Shown here: in pieces, positions 48,088 through 63,400 of the stretch
Layout of the letters: every line of letters begins with the position of its first letter
How positions within the stretch are numbered: the stretch's first letter is position 1
Assembly (NCBI GenBank): GCA_965202585.1
Contig: OZ241826.1
Coordinates: 77,748,001-77,812,000 of the forward strand
From: Thalia democratica
Taxonomy: Eukaryota
Reading direction: 5' to 3'
DNA length: 64,000 bases
Program-made: the position numbers and the translations under genes
The notes under the pieces: generated by a model
Told to the model about the DNA's origin: nothing
Seen by the model: only the letters and a program-made list of their open reading frames with translations
Databases searched by the model: none

Positions 48088-50040
48088 TTAAAAAATGAAT
48101 AGCTTGGTCATAAGCTTGTTTTTTTTTCAAACTGTTGAAATAGGATTTTTTCTACTAATGCATAATTCACTTTCTGAAAATATGAGGTCAATTTATTAAA
48201 AAAACTAAGAAGACATAATTTTAGTAATTTTCTTTATAGTTTTGAGGAAATCACCAATAAAAAATTGTTCTTCTACATTTCAATGAAACTTTTTATACAA
48301 AAAACTTTATCATAAAATTTAATTAGTATTTTTTATTCTGTGAAAATCATCTTATGGTATCTAGTTATCTTATCGTATATAATTTTAGCAATCATAAATA
48401 TATTTAAATCTAATATTGAGAATAAAAAAATAGGATAATGGACTCAAAATGCATAAGGGTGGTTCCAAATTTATGAAAAACTTAGTACTTACCTTGTGAC
48501 TCAAAAAGTTTAAGTCCAAATATTTTGTTTCTTTAAAAGTTGTTTTTTTTTCAAAAAGTCAGTAGAGGAATCACATTAGCTCTGCTGATATAAAACAGGG
48601 CTAATTGAAATTACCTAACTGAAATTTTAAGATACTAATTATAATGTATAAGTTCTTCCACTTTAGTTAGACTCTTCCCAGTATTTTTTTTGATTCTTGT
48701 GATAAGTCAGAATGTAAGCGTTTACAACAGTGTTTTTAAAGAAAACAAAGTTATAAAAACTACAATCCTGAGTTTCCATGATTTAAAAAAACCTTTCAAA
48801 AAATCTTTCCTGATAATAAAAAAAAAATTAATATAAGCTACCTTTTTGAATTTTACACTAAAAATTATACCTTTTTTAAACAAAATAAAAGACATTAAGA
48901 CTACTTAAGTAAATAACTTTCAAATAAAAAACTTGAGTTAATTTCAAAAAATATCTTTCACCAAAAAATTTATTAAAATATGAAAATACTACTAAAATTT
49001 TACTTTCCAAAAAATTCTACTGACAAAAAAAAAGCTTCCTTGAAAATTTAAACTACAAATTTTGCCTGTTTTGAACAACAAAAATAAAACCATTTAATTA
49101 ATTACAATCAATAATTGAATTTTCTTACAATAAAAAACTTTTTTAGTATATACCTTAAGCTTTTAAAATGGTATAGACATCAAATAATTATCTTTTATAA
49201 ATAATGAGAACTTCAACTAAACAAATGGACTTAAAACACTATAACATTCTTATTATTATCACATTCTTAGATTAGGCTAACATAGATTTTATTCATTTAT
49301 GTGCTGTTAAGTGTGTCACCATTATTTTTGTATATTATTTCAAATTTTATAAAACTTTACTGTTACACTCAAAAGTTTTATGTTATATTATAATGGTTAG
49401 TTCTTAGCATCAATTTATACGGTTGAATGATTTTATCTCATTTAAAAAAACTATATTTCGTGCTCAGTAGAGCGAAGGATCTGTTGGCTAAACGCCAAGC
49501 CACCCGAGTTTAAAACTGCTACAAATCTTTGCACCTGACATATACCTTCGCTTTTATCACAATTTTTTTCACAAAATAAATTTGTATTTCCAAACTTTTG
49601 AACTAATCTTTTTTGATATAAAGATTAAGTATAAATGATTAAGTAGTTACAATTTTTTTAACTTAAATTATAAGTTTTTCTTTATTTTAATGTTGAAATT
49701 GTTAAAATCACAAATATTTTAACTCACTAAGACTTTAAAATTTAACTTAAAAGCCAAGCTTTTAGTAATTGTTTTCGTATAAATACAATACTTAATAAAC
49801 GCTTGTTTATATAAACAAAAGTCATGCAGTTAGATTTTGTATTTAATATTTATCTAATGTTTTACAGGTAGAAACCATTTAATTTGCTTAGCCAAGTAAA
49901 ACTTGCTTTCATTGAAAACTTTTAAATGAGAATTTAAATGTATTATTACGTCACTATACTAAGCCTTCAAGTACTGAACTTAGTAAAACGGAAAGTTTTA
50001 GTTTAAGTATTAGAGTGGCGCTTATATTCAAAGTCTCAAT

Positions 50041-50328
50041 ATGGCAGATGAATGTAAAAAAGCTACTCAGAAAAAGTTGAAGCGAAAGTACACGAGAAAA
50101 GCTCCGACGAACAAGGCAAAAAGACAGAGGAAGCCGAAAAAAGCAGTAAAACTTGAAGTTAAAAAATCACAAGTTTTTGATGAGCCTGTTGAAGACCCCC
50201 TTCCAAATGTCGCTTTCTTTTTGAAACCGTTTGATGTTTACGAAGACGGACTTTCGTGGAGGATCAGTCCCTGGATTCTGAAGACTATCAACTCGCAGAA
50301 AACAAACAAAGTAAATTCTGGTATTTAA
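50041..50328 (+). CDS. Small Lys/Arg-rich orphan protein, copy B
   Basis: Identical to copy A for the first 93 aa; the substitutions before the putative donor are all synonymous. Confidence 0.7.
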   Translation: MADECKKATQKKLKRKYTRKAPTNKAKRQRKPKKAVKLEVKKSQVFDEPVEDPLPNVAFFLKPFDVYEDGLSWRISPWILKTINSQKTNKVNSGI

Positions 50329-53300
50329 ACATTTATTGAAGTGTTGCAATTTTTTTTTTTGTTCTTTCTTTTTTGTTTTAAATAAACCAGTCTCAATTTG
50401 AAGCTTTAAATGTTTAGTTTTTCTTTTAAAAAAGTTACATAAAATACTTTAACAATTTTCGGTATTTTATTCGCACTGAAGAAAGTTGCTGTTGTATCAA
50501 TAAAATGATAAGTTATAGAAGTTTAAAAAAAAAGCAGTGGTCTTCAATTTTTATAAAAGTTGTGCACACTAAATTACTGTAAAATAAATTCTGTGCACAC
50601 TAGACTATAAAATGGATAAAGTATTCTTACAAAACACTACTTTTAATGTTATAACTAGCTATTTCTACTAGATAAAGACAACACAGACGTTATTAAGTTT
50701 TTTTTAATTCACTAAGTTTCCATGCACACTAATGCTAGTGATCATAGGTGCACATCGTGAAGAATACTGTATTAATGTATTTAAATTTCATTATATTATA
50801 TTTTTCACTAAATGTTAAAAGCATGTCCAACATTTAAATGTTTTTTTATTAAAGAATAAACTAAAACTTTGATAAAAATAGGTGACAAATTAAAAACAAA
50901 AAAGGTAAAAATAACAGAAAGTGAACTTAATGTGACAAGAATATGTAGAAAAATTGTACAACATAACTAGTGTTTTAATAGAATAAGGCTTTCTTTTCAC
51001 TTTCTAAATGAGAAATCTCAGTATTTTATCTTTTATTCACTGTTAAATCAAGTATTGTTTGTTGTGCTTGAGGAGAATTAAATAAACAGAATTAAAGAAG
51101 TCAATGTTGTTACAAATAAAGCAGTTAGGTGTTTTATTATAGGTAAAATTTAATAAACATAAAAATGAAAAGAATAGTGTTTAAATATGAGCTAGATGTT
51201 TATGTATAAACCTAAAAATTAAATATGTGGTTGAAACAGATCTAACAAAGAAAAAGTTTAAGATGAAGATTCATGTAACGAAATATATTTATTGAAAAAT
51301 ACAGACGTTACTCGGTTTCACCGCAAACTGATTTTTAAACTGTGGTTCTTGTATAAGTCTACTTGAATAGTTAACTTTTTACCAATTAATTCAAGTGCTG
51401 TTTTTTATATCTATAAAATACATAAACTTACTACAAAATATTCTAAGAGAAACTACATATTACCAAGATTTAATGGTAAATGTTTTTTTTAAAATCTAGC
51501 TTGTTAGGATAGTAAACTGTGGACTGAAACGCCCAATGAACTATTAGATTAGATCCCATCTTGGTCGGTTTAGGTTGTTCTGAGAGATGTTTTATTGAGA
51601 GAACATTTATATATACAAAATTGAATTAGGTTGCATGGGTTTGTCATTTTCATATGCCAAAGAAAATATGCCTATGATTACTTTTAATTAAGGAGAGTTC
51701 TTATTAAGTTTGTTAATAAAATTCTTATTACTTTGGGTTCAGTCTAGATTAAGGGTGGGCAACGCCGCTCCATGCCCGCAACGTATTTTAGCTTAATAAC
51801 ATCTTGCATAGATCAAAATGAGATTTAAAATAACAAATAGTTTGATACATGCCCTTATTATAACTACTATAAAATGCAGTCGTGTTTTCTTTAAAAAAAA
51901 AACTTGACTGAGCTTTAAACAGGGTAAAATTTTGGCAGGTTTACAAGCTTTCTTTTGCAATGCATCTACATAATTAAAAAAAAACAATATTTGTTTTCAA
52001 ATTTGTTGCTTATCTGAAACTAGATTAAAAAAGCTTTACTATACAAGTTAACTAAAACAATCAATGACTGTTTTACTTTAAACGGTTGTATTAATTCAAC
52101 TTCAAAAGCAATTTAATTGGTGAAAACTTTTCGTGTTATTTTTAAATTCTCAAAGATAATATTTAAGTTATAATCATAACTCCATAAAAATTACTTTTAC
52201 AAACCAAATTGTGCACTAGACTTAATATTACTGAAATTTAGTAGTTGTATGACCTTTTTTAGTTTTAACTAAAACCATTTATTCCTCTGGAATTCTTTTT
52301 ATGTTGTATGTATCTTCTAGTTCAAACTGTTAACTTATTTAGTGTAAAAGTATATGTTTTTAGGATTTAACTTCAAACAAAAATGTGCTTAAATTGTTTC
52401 TGTGTTCACAACTTGCTTTAAAGTGTCTTCCTTTCACCTTGAAAAGCTTAGTTCTAAGAAAAAGCTTATTTAATAAATAATTAAGCACTACAATTATAAT
52501 TCATTCCTATTACCCGAGGTTTATTATTCAATAACACAAACAAAAAATTAAGTAAAAAGTTGTTTTTATTTAACTTGTAGCCAAGTCTTTATCGATATTA
52601 AAAGTGCAAAAACAATTAATAAAGCGAATTATAATAATTAATTATATGTAACTAATAACTGTTATTTTGTAGACGTTCTAACCAGGCCTTAAAAAATATA
52701 ACTAGAATTTTGTTATTCAATATGGGTTGCCAATGGTTTTTTTGAAATTTTTATCTATTTACTCTAAATTTCTTCAAAGTTTTCTATAGAACAAGTTTTT
52801 TCGTCCATTTTTAGTTTAAACCTCAAGTAAAAAGCTGTCTTAAAAAGTATAACAACATTGAACAGATACTGTAAAGCTACCTTAATTGTGTGTTGTTTTT
52901 TTAAATAAATAAAAATTTCAAAATGATAGATTTTTTGTATCTAGTTCATTATTTTGCATGTAAAAACACTTTAAAACTTAAGTTCTTTTTTCACTTCTCA
53001 AACTCAAGGTTATTTTTACCTAAATTGTGAAATTCCAGGCAACCCTGATCAGTGCAAGTTTTTTTTTCTAATTTTGCTATAAATTAAAAATACATCAGGC
53101 TGCTGGAATATATAAGTGAATGTGAAAAAAAAATCCAATCTCAGACAAAAACTGTTTAGGGATAGAGTTCTTTTAAAACAAGTCAACTAAAATAAAACTT
53201 GATAAGAAAATAAATTTAAAAGAGCTTTACTAAATTCTACTAAGCTAATACTCAGTAATGTTTCATCAACTTTGTTTTGCGCATTTAAATATTAATGAAG

Positions 53301-54450
53301 CTTAATATTCGATAGCTTAGTTATAAGTATTTAAACTAGTATAGAAGAATACTTTAGTAAATTAAATATTTTTGTGTAACTAAGTTGTTTGAATAACTTA
53401 ATTATAACTTTGACCAAGTGTCAAATAATTTGATTGTAATCAGTGAAAATCTTTACAACAAAGCTGTAAAAAAGAAATATACTTTAAATAAGTTCGTTTA
53501 AAGAGAAAAAATACAACTAAACTCATTACTGATTTTCAAAAAAGAAAATACCCAAGACGCAACCATAATATTAGCATAGAATACTTTATTCTGTGAAATC
53601 AAAATTCTACCTAAATAAACGAAAAATAATAAATCTTAATTCAATACAATTATATTTTCATTCTAATCTAAGTCTTTATAACTTAATTTCTCTGTAATCA
53701 GGTTTTGCTTTTTTATTTATGCTAATATTCAAATTTGCTTAACAGCATCACTTGATCAGTAGGCCATACGGTCTAGTAATTTGATAAATAGTTTGTACTT
53801 TTAACTTATTTAGTATATATATATGTTTTTTTTAAAGCTTACTGTTGCTTTTGGACTAACAGTGATGTAATTGTTTGAATAATATCTTTCAAAAAGTTAT
53901 ATAAAACATTTTAAGATATATTATTTTTAAGGAAAATAAGCAAGCAAAAATTAACATAACAAAATTTAAGATTTCATAAAGTTTAAAACCTTTAAAGTTA
54001 AAATATCCAATAAAAAAACAAGCAAAAGCTCTTTTTCTAATTTAAAAAATTGTTTTAACAGTTAGTTTTACATCATTAAGTTAATAAAAAAATTAAGAGA
54101 CTTAAAATTTAATAAAAAAAAACTTTAAGCTGTTTACATTTAAAGATCATTTGTATATTTTATCATAATAATGCAGTTACTTTATCCTCATTAATGAAAT
54201 CTCATATTCTTATTATTTAAAACATTATTCAATTACGTTTTAAATAACCAAAACAAAAAGTTCATTCAGTGCTTTAAAATAAAGCATAATAATAAAAATA
54301 TTAATTAAAAACAGCCTTTGAAAAAGCCGTGCAAAAAACAGATTTTCTTTGAATAAAGCCAATTTTGTTGATAAATGATAAAAATTCATTTTCCAACTTA
54401 AATGACACACAATTAAAAAAACAATTCTCTTAGAAAAAACAATTTTTTTA

Positions 54451-57400
54451 TTAATTTCCTTCTTCCACGTCCATCATGATTTGGTCGAGTGCGGAATCTT
54501 CAAAGTCGTCCTGGGGTGCTTGTTGCTTAGCAACCCTGGTGGGTTTGGTTGGAATGGAGGCCTGCCAATCGATGTTGATGTCTTCCTTCTTCGAACTTTT
54601 CTTCATCTCGCGAGGTTTTCCTCCTGAGAAATTTAATAACTTTCCTTGAATAATACATTACAAGTTTTAATTTCAAATCTCAAAATTTTTTTAAAACAAA
54701 AAGTTATTAATTCAGGGTTCCGAAAAGGTTTTTTGATAACTTTTTCCAAGATATCCGAATTTATTCTAGGTTTTTAAAAGTACATGTTATTTTGTCCATA
54801 TTTAGTACAAAGTTAAAATTAAGGTAAAAAACTGCTTTCAATAGTATAACAACATTGAAAAGATTCTGCAAAGCTACTAGTGTTTTATGATAAACAAAAC
54901 TTCTAAATATTTTTTTATGTTTGTGATAGATTTTTGGAATCAAATTAAAATTTCATTACTTACATGTAAAAGTTGTTTAAAATTCTAGGTTTTTTTTTGC
55001 GTAATTTGTAAAATTCTAGGTTCATTGCAAACCCTTTTAATTTTAAGTTACTAAAAAAAAACAAATATCTGTGAAAATATAATACTTATAAATTATTAAA
55101 ACTAATAACCCTAACAGACTATCAATATCATTTTATTAATTTCGTACGAATATGTTTGTATGTACTAAGTTATCACCTTTTGTATCAAGCAAATAAGTTT
55201 AAACTTATTAATGAGTACTTAATAATATTAACTTTGTAAAATTTTTTGTTTGAATATAAATGTATTTTATTTATTTTTTCTTCTTCGTGTCCCGTTTAAG
55301 TGGCTCAGGTTTTGATGCTTGAGTCCAACATTGCACAATAAACAATATAATGATAATAATAAAATTAAGTTTAAAAAAAGATTGAAATGAAACAAACCAG
55401 TTAGAATTCTTCTGCTTTCATCAAAATATTGATTAGGATGAGTTACTTGGAACGCCGTGTGGTCAGACATCTGTAGAAAATAAATCATTTTGAGATTTGT
55501 TTTGAAGCATCAAAAAATATAATAATAAATAAAGTTTTAAACAAACAAACTATAAAATTAATTCAAGTATAGAAAAAAAAGAATGACAGTGAAATATTTT
55601 TAGGTTTTTTTAACGAAGTACAGGTTCAAAAATAAATGATTATAATATTTCAAAAAAACGTTCTAAACAAATACAACAACAAACCCCATGAGTGACAGCG
55701 AAATACTTCTGACAAGCTATCTGGTAGTGGTGCTTGCTTATCAATTGTACTATTTGATCAATTGCGTCTGTGGGGCACTTGTACGAAGATAGCCGTTGTC
55801 TCAACACCTGCTCGCTACAGTGCTTGAACGGGCAGCCTGGTGTGTTTGTATTACATATAAAAAATATACGGATTGGATATCTGTCTCTAAATTAGAGAAT
55901 TATACTTGAGCTCTCTCAAAACTTTTAAAAATAGTCCCTGAAACTTTTAGATGGATATACCATTATGTAACAAGTAACAACGAAATATACAATTTTCTGT
56001 GCCAGAGCTACTATAATTTTAACCTTTTGGTCGAAGTTTTGAAAGGGTAATTTGTTTTTTTACAAAATTTAATGAACGTAGAATTAATATATCATACGAA
56101 ACAAACTCTTATTATAAACAATTTTCTTTAAATTTTTTCGAAACCACTACTGGTTATAAAAACGTAAAAAGTAATGATAAGCAAGCTAGTTTTTATCCAT
56201 TTTTTGTTAGACATTACTGTTTTTTAAGTCTAATTATTGAAGCTAAAAACTGATAAAACAGTTTCCTAATTGTGTTAAAATACATTCATAATACATACAT
56301 ACATAATACATAATAGAAAAAATGTAGTGTGTAATTTTTTCATAACTATCAAAATGTTAACCGTGATGTTCTTGGCTGGATTGGGGCGCATTGGTGGTAA
56401 TTATCTTCATGCAGCTGAAAGGCGAATAGTTCACTCTCTTGCCCTCTTTTCCGTAATTGTGACGTATGTTGTAAGAATACTGCTTCTCAAACTGTTCATT
56501 GGTGTTTATTATTATTTAAATTAGTAGTAAGAGTAGAAAGAAAGATGGACATTAGGGTGCATCTGGTGCCCCTCAAAAATAAAAATTTAGGAACTTCGCT
56601 TAGTAAAACTTTTTGACGTTGGGAAATAACTTAAATAGACAGAACAAAAATAGCTTCCTAGCTTAAAGCCTGCTGGAGCAAATTAATTTAGAAAATTTTG
56701 CTTTATATCAGTATGTTTAAAAAAGGGGAAAAAGACTATTTCACTAAAAGTTTATTTTCTCCTGCGTTTTTTGAGATAATTAAATGAAACGGTTAGGAAA
56801 TGTTACTTGCCATATTTAGAAAATTCTGTATAAACAAAGTTTTAAAAAAATACAAAATAAAAAAATTATGCAAAAATAACGAAAAAAAATCAGTTTTATT
56901 TTTTTCTTTTGAATTTTTTTTATCTAATTTTGTTTATACAGAATTTTCTAAATATGGCAAGGAACATTTCCTAACCGTTTCAGGTAATTATCTCAAAAAA
57001 CGTAGGAGAAAATAAACTTTTAGTGAAATAGTCTTTTTTCCTCTTTTTAAATATACCAAAATAATAAAAAAACATTTTTTAAGTAATTTGCTGCAACAGG
57101 CGTTAAGCTAGGAAACTTTTTTTTTTGTGCTGTCTATTTATGTTATTTCCTAACGTCAAATAAATTTACTAAGCGAAATTCCAAGGTCGGGGAAACAGAT
57201 GCACCCTATTGGACACTACAATCTTAAATACGCTTTAATATTTCAAACTATTTGAAACTAATATTAAAAACTAAATAATAAAACTAATAAATATATTCCA
57301 AACCAACATTGAAAATTTATTCAAATAAAACCAAACAAAAATTTTAAATTAAAAATTACTCAAAGAGTATTTTGCATCTCAAAATGTTTATTGGTGTATA

Positions 57401-60400
57401 TATTATTTAACTATCTTATGGTGAATTTAGTAAAATATTAGTTCTACCAGAAAAGATGAACATTATACTCTTAACTATGGTTTAATCATTTAAAACTAAA
57501 CAAACAGAAAAGATGAAATTTTATTGAAATAAAGGCAAACAAAGATTTTCAAATATTCAAAAAGTATTTATTTTGATACCTTAAAAACATGTTACATTAT
57601 TTATACAAATTAACAAAACAAGAAAATATATTTTATGATGTTTTTTTTTCTTTATATGTACTCAGCTCTTTTATAACGATATCATAAAATTAATCTTAAA
57701 ACATGTATGATGACGATTACATGGTTGCCACAGATCAAGCAGAGAAAAATTTCCTGACTTTTTACTAAAATTTTCCTGACTTTTCTAAATCTAACTCTTA
57801 ATTTAAACTTATTCTTAAATACATAATCTAGAACTAAAACTATACAAAGCTTTCAATATAATTTTAATACAGGTTAAAATAACAGTTTTTTGCAGAATTC
57901 AATCATCAAACTTCCACTAGATCACTTAAACTATCTGTGTATGATTGGTGTACATGCAATAAACAGCTCTATCAGCAAAAAACTTGTATCATTACCTTAT
58001 AAACACAGCTTGTCTGAAAAAATACATATTTTTTTAGCATTTCCTAACATAAATGTATCTAATAAGTAAACAAAACGATATATAAGGAGCTTTTACAATT
58101 AAAATCTTAAAATAACGAGCTTTCACAACTAAAACCTTAAAACAATAACAAACGTTTACAATTAAAACCTTAAAACAATAAAGAACTTAATCAAACACTG
58201 TTTTTTTTATTATATGTACTAAGATTAATTTTCTCCGTTTGTTAATTAGCACTTCAACCTATTCATCTAATGAAGATATGGTTTCCTTCATCTGGTCCCC
58301 TCTCTCTTATAACTTATTTTAAAAATTTAAACAACTCTAAAAAAACTATATAGATGATATCAATACTAAAAAACTTATAAAAACTGCTTGTTCAAGTAGG
58401 GTAGTTGTTTTATATGTTAGAAGATAAGTTTTGCAGTTTAATAAAAGATATTTAATTAATTTATACCAGATGAAGGCATTGGATATTAAATAACTTTGTG
58501 AATTTCTAGAAAAAATTTTCAATTTTAGTTTGACTTTAAAAGAATTTTAGTTAAACTTTTACCATTTGGAATTTAAGGAGTTTTGTAAATTTAAACTGAC
58601 AAAATCTTTTTTTTAAACTTTGTCAAATTTCCTGACTTTTTTTCAAAAACCCCCATTTTCTCCTGACTTTTGTCTTTTTTTTTTTAGTTTTTCCTGACTT
58701 TTCCTGACCTTGTGGCAACCGTGTGATTATGGGCTTTCCGCGCAAAAAAATACAGCGTACCATTTTTTTTTTTTAATTCATTCGTTGGATTATGTCTAAG
58801 CATTTGAAGCAGCAATTATAATGACACTAAATTTACTTTAAAATAAGTAACTAAAAAAAAAGTATAATGTTTGTAAAATACTTTAAAACGTAGTATAAAT
58901 TTTAAGCGTACGAACTATACCTAGTATGACACTCAGGAGAAAGTATTCATTATAAGAGCAAGTGTCTAAACATGTATAATCTGATGCGGCGATCAAATTC
59001 ACAAAAAAAATCAAGCTTAGATGAGTAAGATGAGTTTATATTAAAAACAATTAACTTAAATGGTAAAAATTATTAGTACTGTTTTAAAAATACTGTTTAC
59101 ATACTACGTATCATAGTTTGAATGAATATAACTTCTGCTTTCTTACAACTGTTTTCTTTACATCTATAATTAAATATTTTTAACTATAAATATAAAACAG
59201 AAACTCGACAGTAGACATGTATTAAAAACAAAACTTTATTTAACAAATTAAAATAAATACATAACTGAAAAATAGTAATTAATGTAGTATTTAAACTTAC
59301 GAGAAAATGACAAAAAACAAAGAATAATGAATAAGTTATAACTAAGCAGTGAAAATTTTATATTATATACAAAATAGTTTTGTACTTCTGGTTTTATAAA
59401 ACTAAACATTAGCAGTATTTTATAACTATATACACTTTACATTATCTAAGTTAAAATAATTGTATGTCACCAGAAATACCAAAAGCAAATAATTACCAGA
59501 TGTGTCAGCCAAAATTTACAGACTTCATTTATTTTCAGCTAACTTTACAATGCTTAACACAAACCAAAAACATCAATTAAATTGTTATATTAGGATGATA
59601 GGTCACAAGTTAAAAACAATAAATCAAACTTTTTCAAGATCGATCAAACTTAAAATAAATATAGATAAATAATATAAATCCTTAATTTAAAATATCTACA
59701 AATTTTCAAATAAAATAAACAATTATCAACTAATGGCATAAAAATTAAAACTACTTTTTTCATGTCTTATGTCACTTAACACAAAATACAAACCAGTAAA
59801 AAATGCAAACCTTCTCGCGGCCTATATAATACAAATGTTGAAGACAAATCTTATTATAATGTTAATTAAATATAAAAAGCAATAAAAAATTCAAACTTTG
59901 TCGAGGTCTATCACTTTGGTGAATTCCCTCCTCCAAAACTTCAGCGCCGACTCAAGCGTGACGCCTATACCCTTCAAATACAGGGAGTACTGCTGCCTAC
60001 CCTGGTACTTGAGGTGGTGGTCCCTCGTCAGGTTCTGGTGCAGGTTCCGCATGCACAGCGGGTACGACGTTTTCGACAACTGTGGGTTTTGATGAAAGCA
60101 TTAACGCTGGTATCAAAGGTGTTTGTTGTGATTTAATAAAATAAACTTATAGATACTTACAATTAAAAGCGATTATATATTTTTAACTTAATTTAGAAAA
60201 AGTATAAAATTAAGAAAAAAATGGTTACATAAATGGATAATCGTCCACTTGGCGAAATTTAAACAATAATGGTCACCCGCTTTGTGAGTTGCGTGAAATT
60301 ATTTTAAATTAACTGTTTAATTATTGCTGAGCATTAAAAGTGGGTAGAAATGTTTTTTTTTTCACTTGAGGTTCTACCTAAAAACTAGATGTTTTCGATA

Positions 60401-63400
60401 ACTGTAAATTGTGTTTGAAATATTGAATTGGTAAAAAACTTCTTTGTGGTTAGGAAGCAAACTTGTAATTACTTTCCATTAAAGATGAGTTTGAATGTTT
60501 ACTTGAGGTTTAATATAAAAAGAAAACTAAATGTAAAAATTATACAATAGTAATATCTAAGTGTATGTGCTGATTTCAAAGAACTAAACTTGTAACCACT
60601 TTCCATTTTGTAATTTTTTTTAGTACAATATATTGCAATATGATACATAGTCTATTATTTTTTATGTTTCCATACATATACGAAACAATTAAAACATAGT
60701 ACAAAACAACAAAAAAACCTTATCGAGATCATCGATGTTAACATTTCCCTTGTTTTTATCAGCATCGTAGGCGTTTGACACCGCTTCCTTGCTGAAAGAC
60801 TTCAGTATCGGAACTATCCGGTTTCCTTCTTCTAATTGGGGCAGTGCGTGGAAAGATAACTGTAACAAACAGTTGTTTGAATTTTAAATACTTTTTAGAA
60901 AGTTTACTTTAATATGTAAAACACAGTTGTTTGAGTGAGGCTATCAACTAAAAGTTATAGTAAATAGATTAGCTGACTTGCGTTTTAAATAGTTCAATTC
61001 CTGTTTTAAAGAATACAAACATTTTTACCGCTTAATTAAACTAAACTAAAATTTCTTGAATCAACCAGGACTGGTGGTAAATTGTTTAGATGAGTTAAGT
61101 GTGAGAAAATGTTGTATTTCTTATGTTTTCAGGTATAAATAACTTTAGTGTACACATATAAACTCACTGTGAGCCACTTAGACAGGAAGCCTCTGTATTT
61201 AGCGCTGATTATGTTTACAAAGTTCTTTTGTGGTACGTATGCTTGCCCCTGTTAGAAAACAATTTATTACAAAACTTTATAAGTAAATCAAACATAAAAC
61301 TATAAAAAATGGTTCTATTTTCTTTTTAAAACATTTAGTTTAGCGCATCCTCAGAATAATATTGCTAAAAACTATTAATATTGTAGTGTAATTTTAGCTA
61401 CATAGAATGAATTTTAAAAGTCCAGCTAAAAATTGTTCAGTCATAAAGTATAAAAGTCTGTTTAGAAAAAGCGTAAAATAGAATTGAGTTATACTAAGCT
61501 AATTTGTTTTAGCAATTTTGTCTTATAAATTACTTTATAATAGCTTAGTATAACTCAATTCTATTTTAAACTTTTTCAAAACAGACTTTTATACTTTATG
61601 ACGTAACTATTTTTAGATAGACTTTTCAAATTCATTGTATATAACTAAAATTACACTACAATATTAATAGTTTTTAGCAATATTACTCTGAAGATGCGCT
61701 AAACGAAATTAATTAATTAACTTTTTTCGAAAATGAGTGAGTTATGTTTAAATTTTCTAGTCAAAGCCAGTACCAAAACCAAACTGTTCAAAAATATTTA
61801 GCATGCACAATTTATAACTTGTTGTTAGACTATTTTCAAGTATTTGTAAAATAAAAAGTAAAATTTATTATTAAACTTAAAACTAACTTAAAAAAAAGTT
61901 AGAAAACTAGATATATAACACTAAAAAACATTTAAATCTAAATGTACTAAAACATTTTCTTAAAAAAATAATTTAACTTGTTACTCAAGTTTTTTAGCTT
62001 GAAAAAAAAATTACAAGCAATTTATTTTTTTAATTTTAACTTGTAATTACATATTGAAACCATATAACTATCAATAATGACCAAAAAAGTATTAATTTAC
62101 CTATAAAAATAATATAAAAAAATTTATTTTAACGTGTTTTAAAAAATAAAAAACAAATAATTTTGTTATTTAAGTTCAATGAAATTGATTTATCATAAAC
62201 AAAATATATATAAATAAACAAATGAAAAATATAAGATTAATTTTTATTTATCAAATATTAGCTTTATTAACTTTTCGTATAATTTATTTTATTATAGTCA
62301 AAAATAATATAAGAAACTCTAATAAAAATATAGTTTTATGACAAGAAGAAGTAGTAATAAAACAAATAACGCAATATAAAAATTACAATACATTTTCAAT
62401 ATTTTGTTTTTTTCAATAAACATCTTATTAGACAAATTTTGTTTTAATAAAAATAAAAGGAAGGTGTTTGAGCTAATCAGTATATTTTCTATCCATATTT
62501 TGTAGGGTCATGAATTAAAACAAGTCACCACTTCAGCTCGAATGTGGCATGAGCAGGACTTGAACCTGCTACCAATGGATTACAAGCGCGACGCTTTAAC
62601 CACTAAGCCACAACACTCTCTGGCTTTATGCAAATTAAACGCTTTATAATGGGGACATTTTAGCTGAGATTTATTTGCAAAAGTAAAAGTCTGTAGCGGT
62701 TTACATTTATTTTTAGTTTTATTTTACAACTTAAATATCATTTTGTTTTTCAACTACATTTGATTTTTTTTAATAAAAACTCACAATATTTTTCTTATAT
62801 ATTACTGATAGCATGTTTTTTTTAAATTAACCCATTAGTTACTGATACTTTAATAAACAAAGATATAAATTTTTAAAACTTAACTACAATAATTAAAACT
62901 ATAATATACTTTTTTTGATTAGAAACAAAAATTAAATTTAAGCAAACTTAAACGCTAAATTGTACAACTTATGTATTAAAAAAAATATTTTAGATAGTGA
63001 CTTTTCATTTATGTACTATAGTATCTATGATTTTGTACTTAAAAAAGCTTACATAGTTCGAAATTAACTTTTTCAACTTCAATGCGTTTTAACTTTTATT
63101 TTATTTACTTATTCATTCAACATTTAACTTTTATCAGTCATACTAATTTAAGCTAAGCATATTATTAAATTAACTACTCAATTTTAACTGAAAAAAAAAA
63201 GAAGTTCTAAACTAGTTAACTAAAAGTGCTTTCAGTTCTACTAAAACTTCAGCATACTTATTTAAATACAAAAAGTTCCAAGTATACTTATAGAAATATA
63301 AACATAAATAACAAATAAATAAAAAATAATGGTAACCATAAATAAACTATAACAATAAATTCTTACATAAATAAACAATTTTTTTCAAAAACAAACAAAC

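Larger units (their letters stand above)
44876..49505. mobile_element. 4630 bp DNA transposon, specific to copy B, 46-bp TIRs; Merlin-like by TIR/TSD signature (family inferred)
   Basis: TIR GGGTGGCTTGGCGTTTAGCCAACAGATCCTTCGCTCTA(T/C)TGAGCAC with 1 mismatch; perfect 8-bp TSD GAGTTTAA (44868-44875, 49506-49513); single GAGTTTAA empty site in copy A (about 14235). No transposase ORF seen. Confidence 0.9.

Noticed and set aside
62545-62618. Functional tRNA-Thr(TGT) or tRNA-Tyr(GTA)
   Set aside because: Acceptor and anticodon stems do not pair, and a conserved non-tRNA body follows; better explained as a SINE head.
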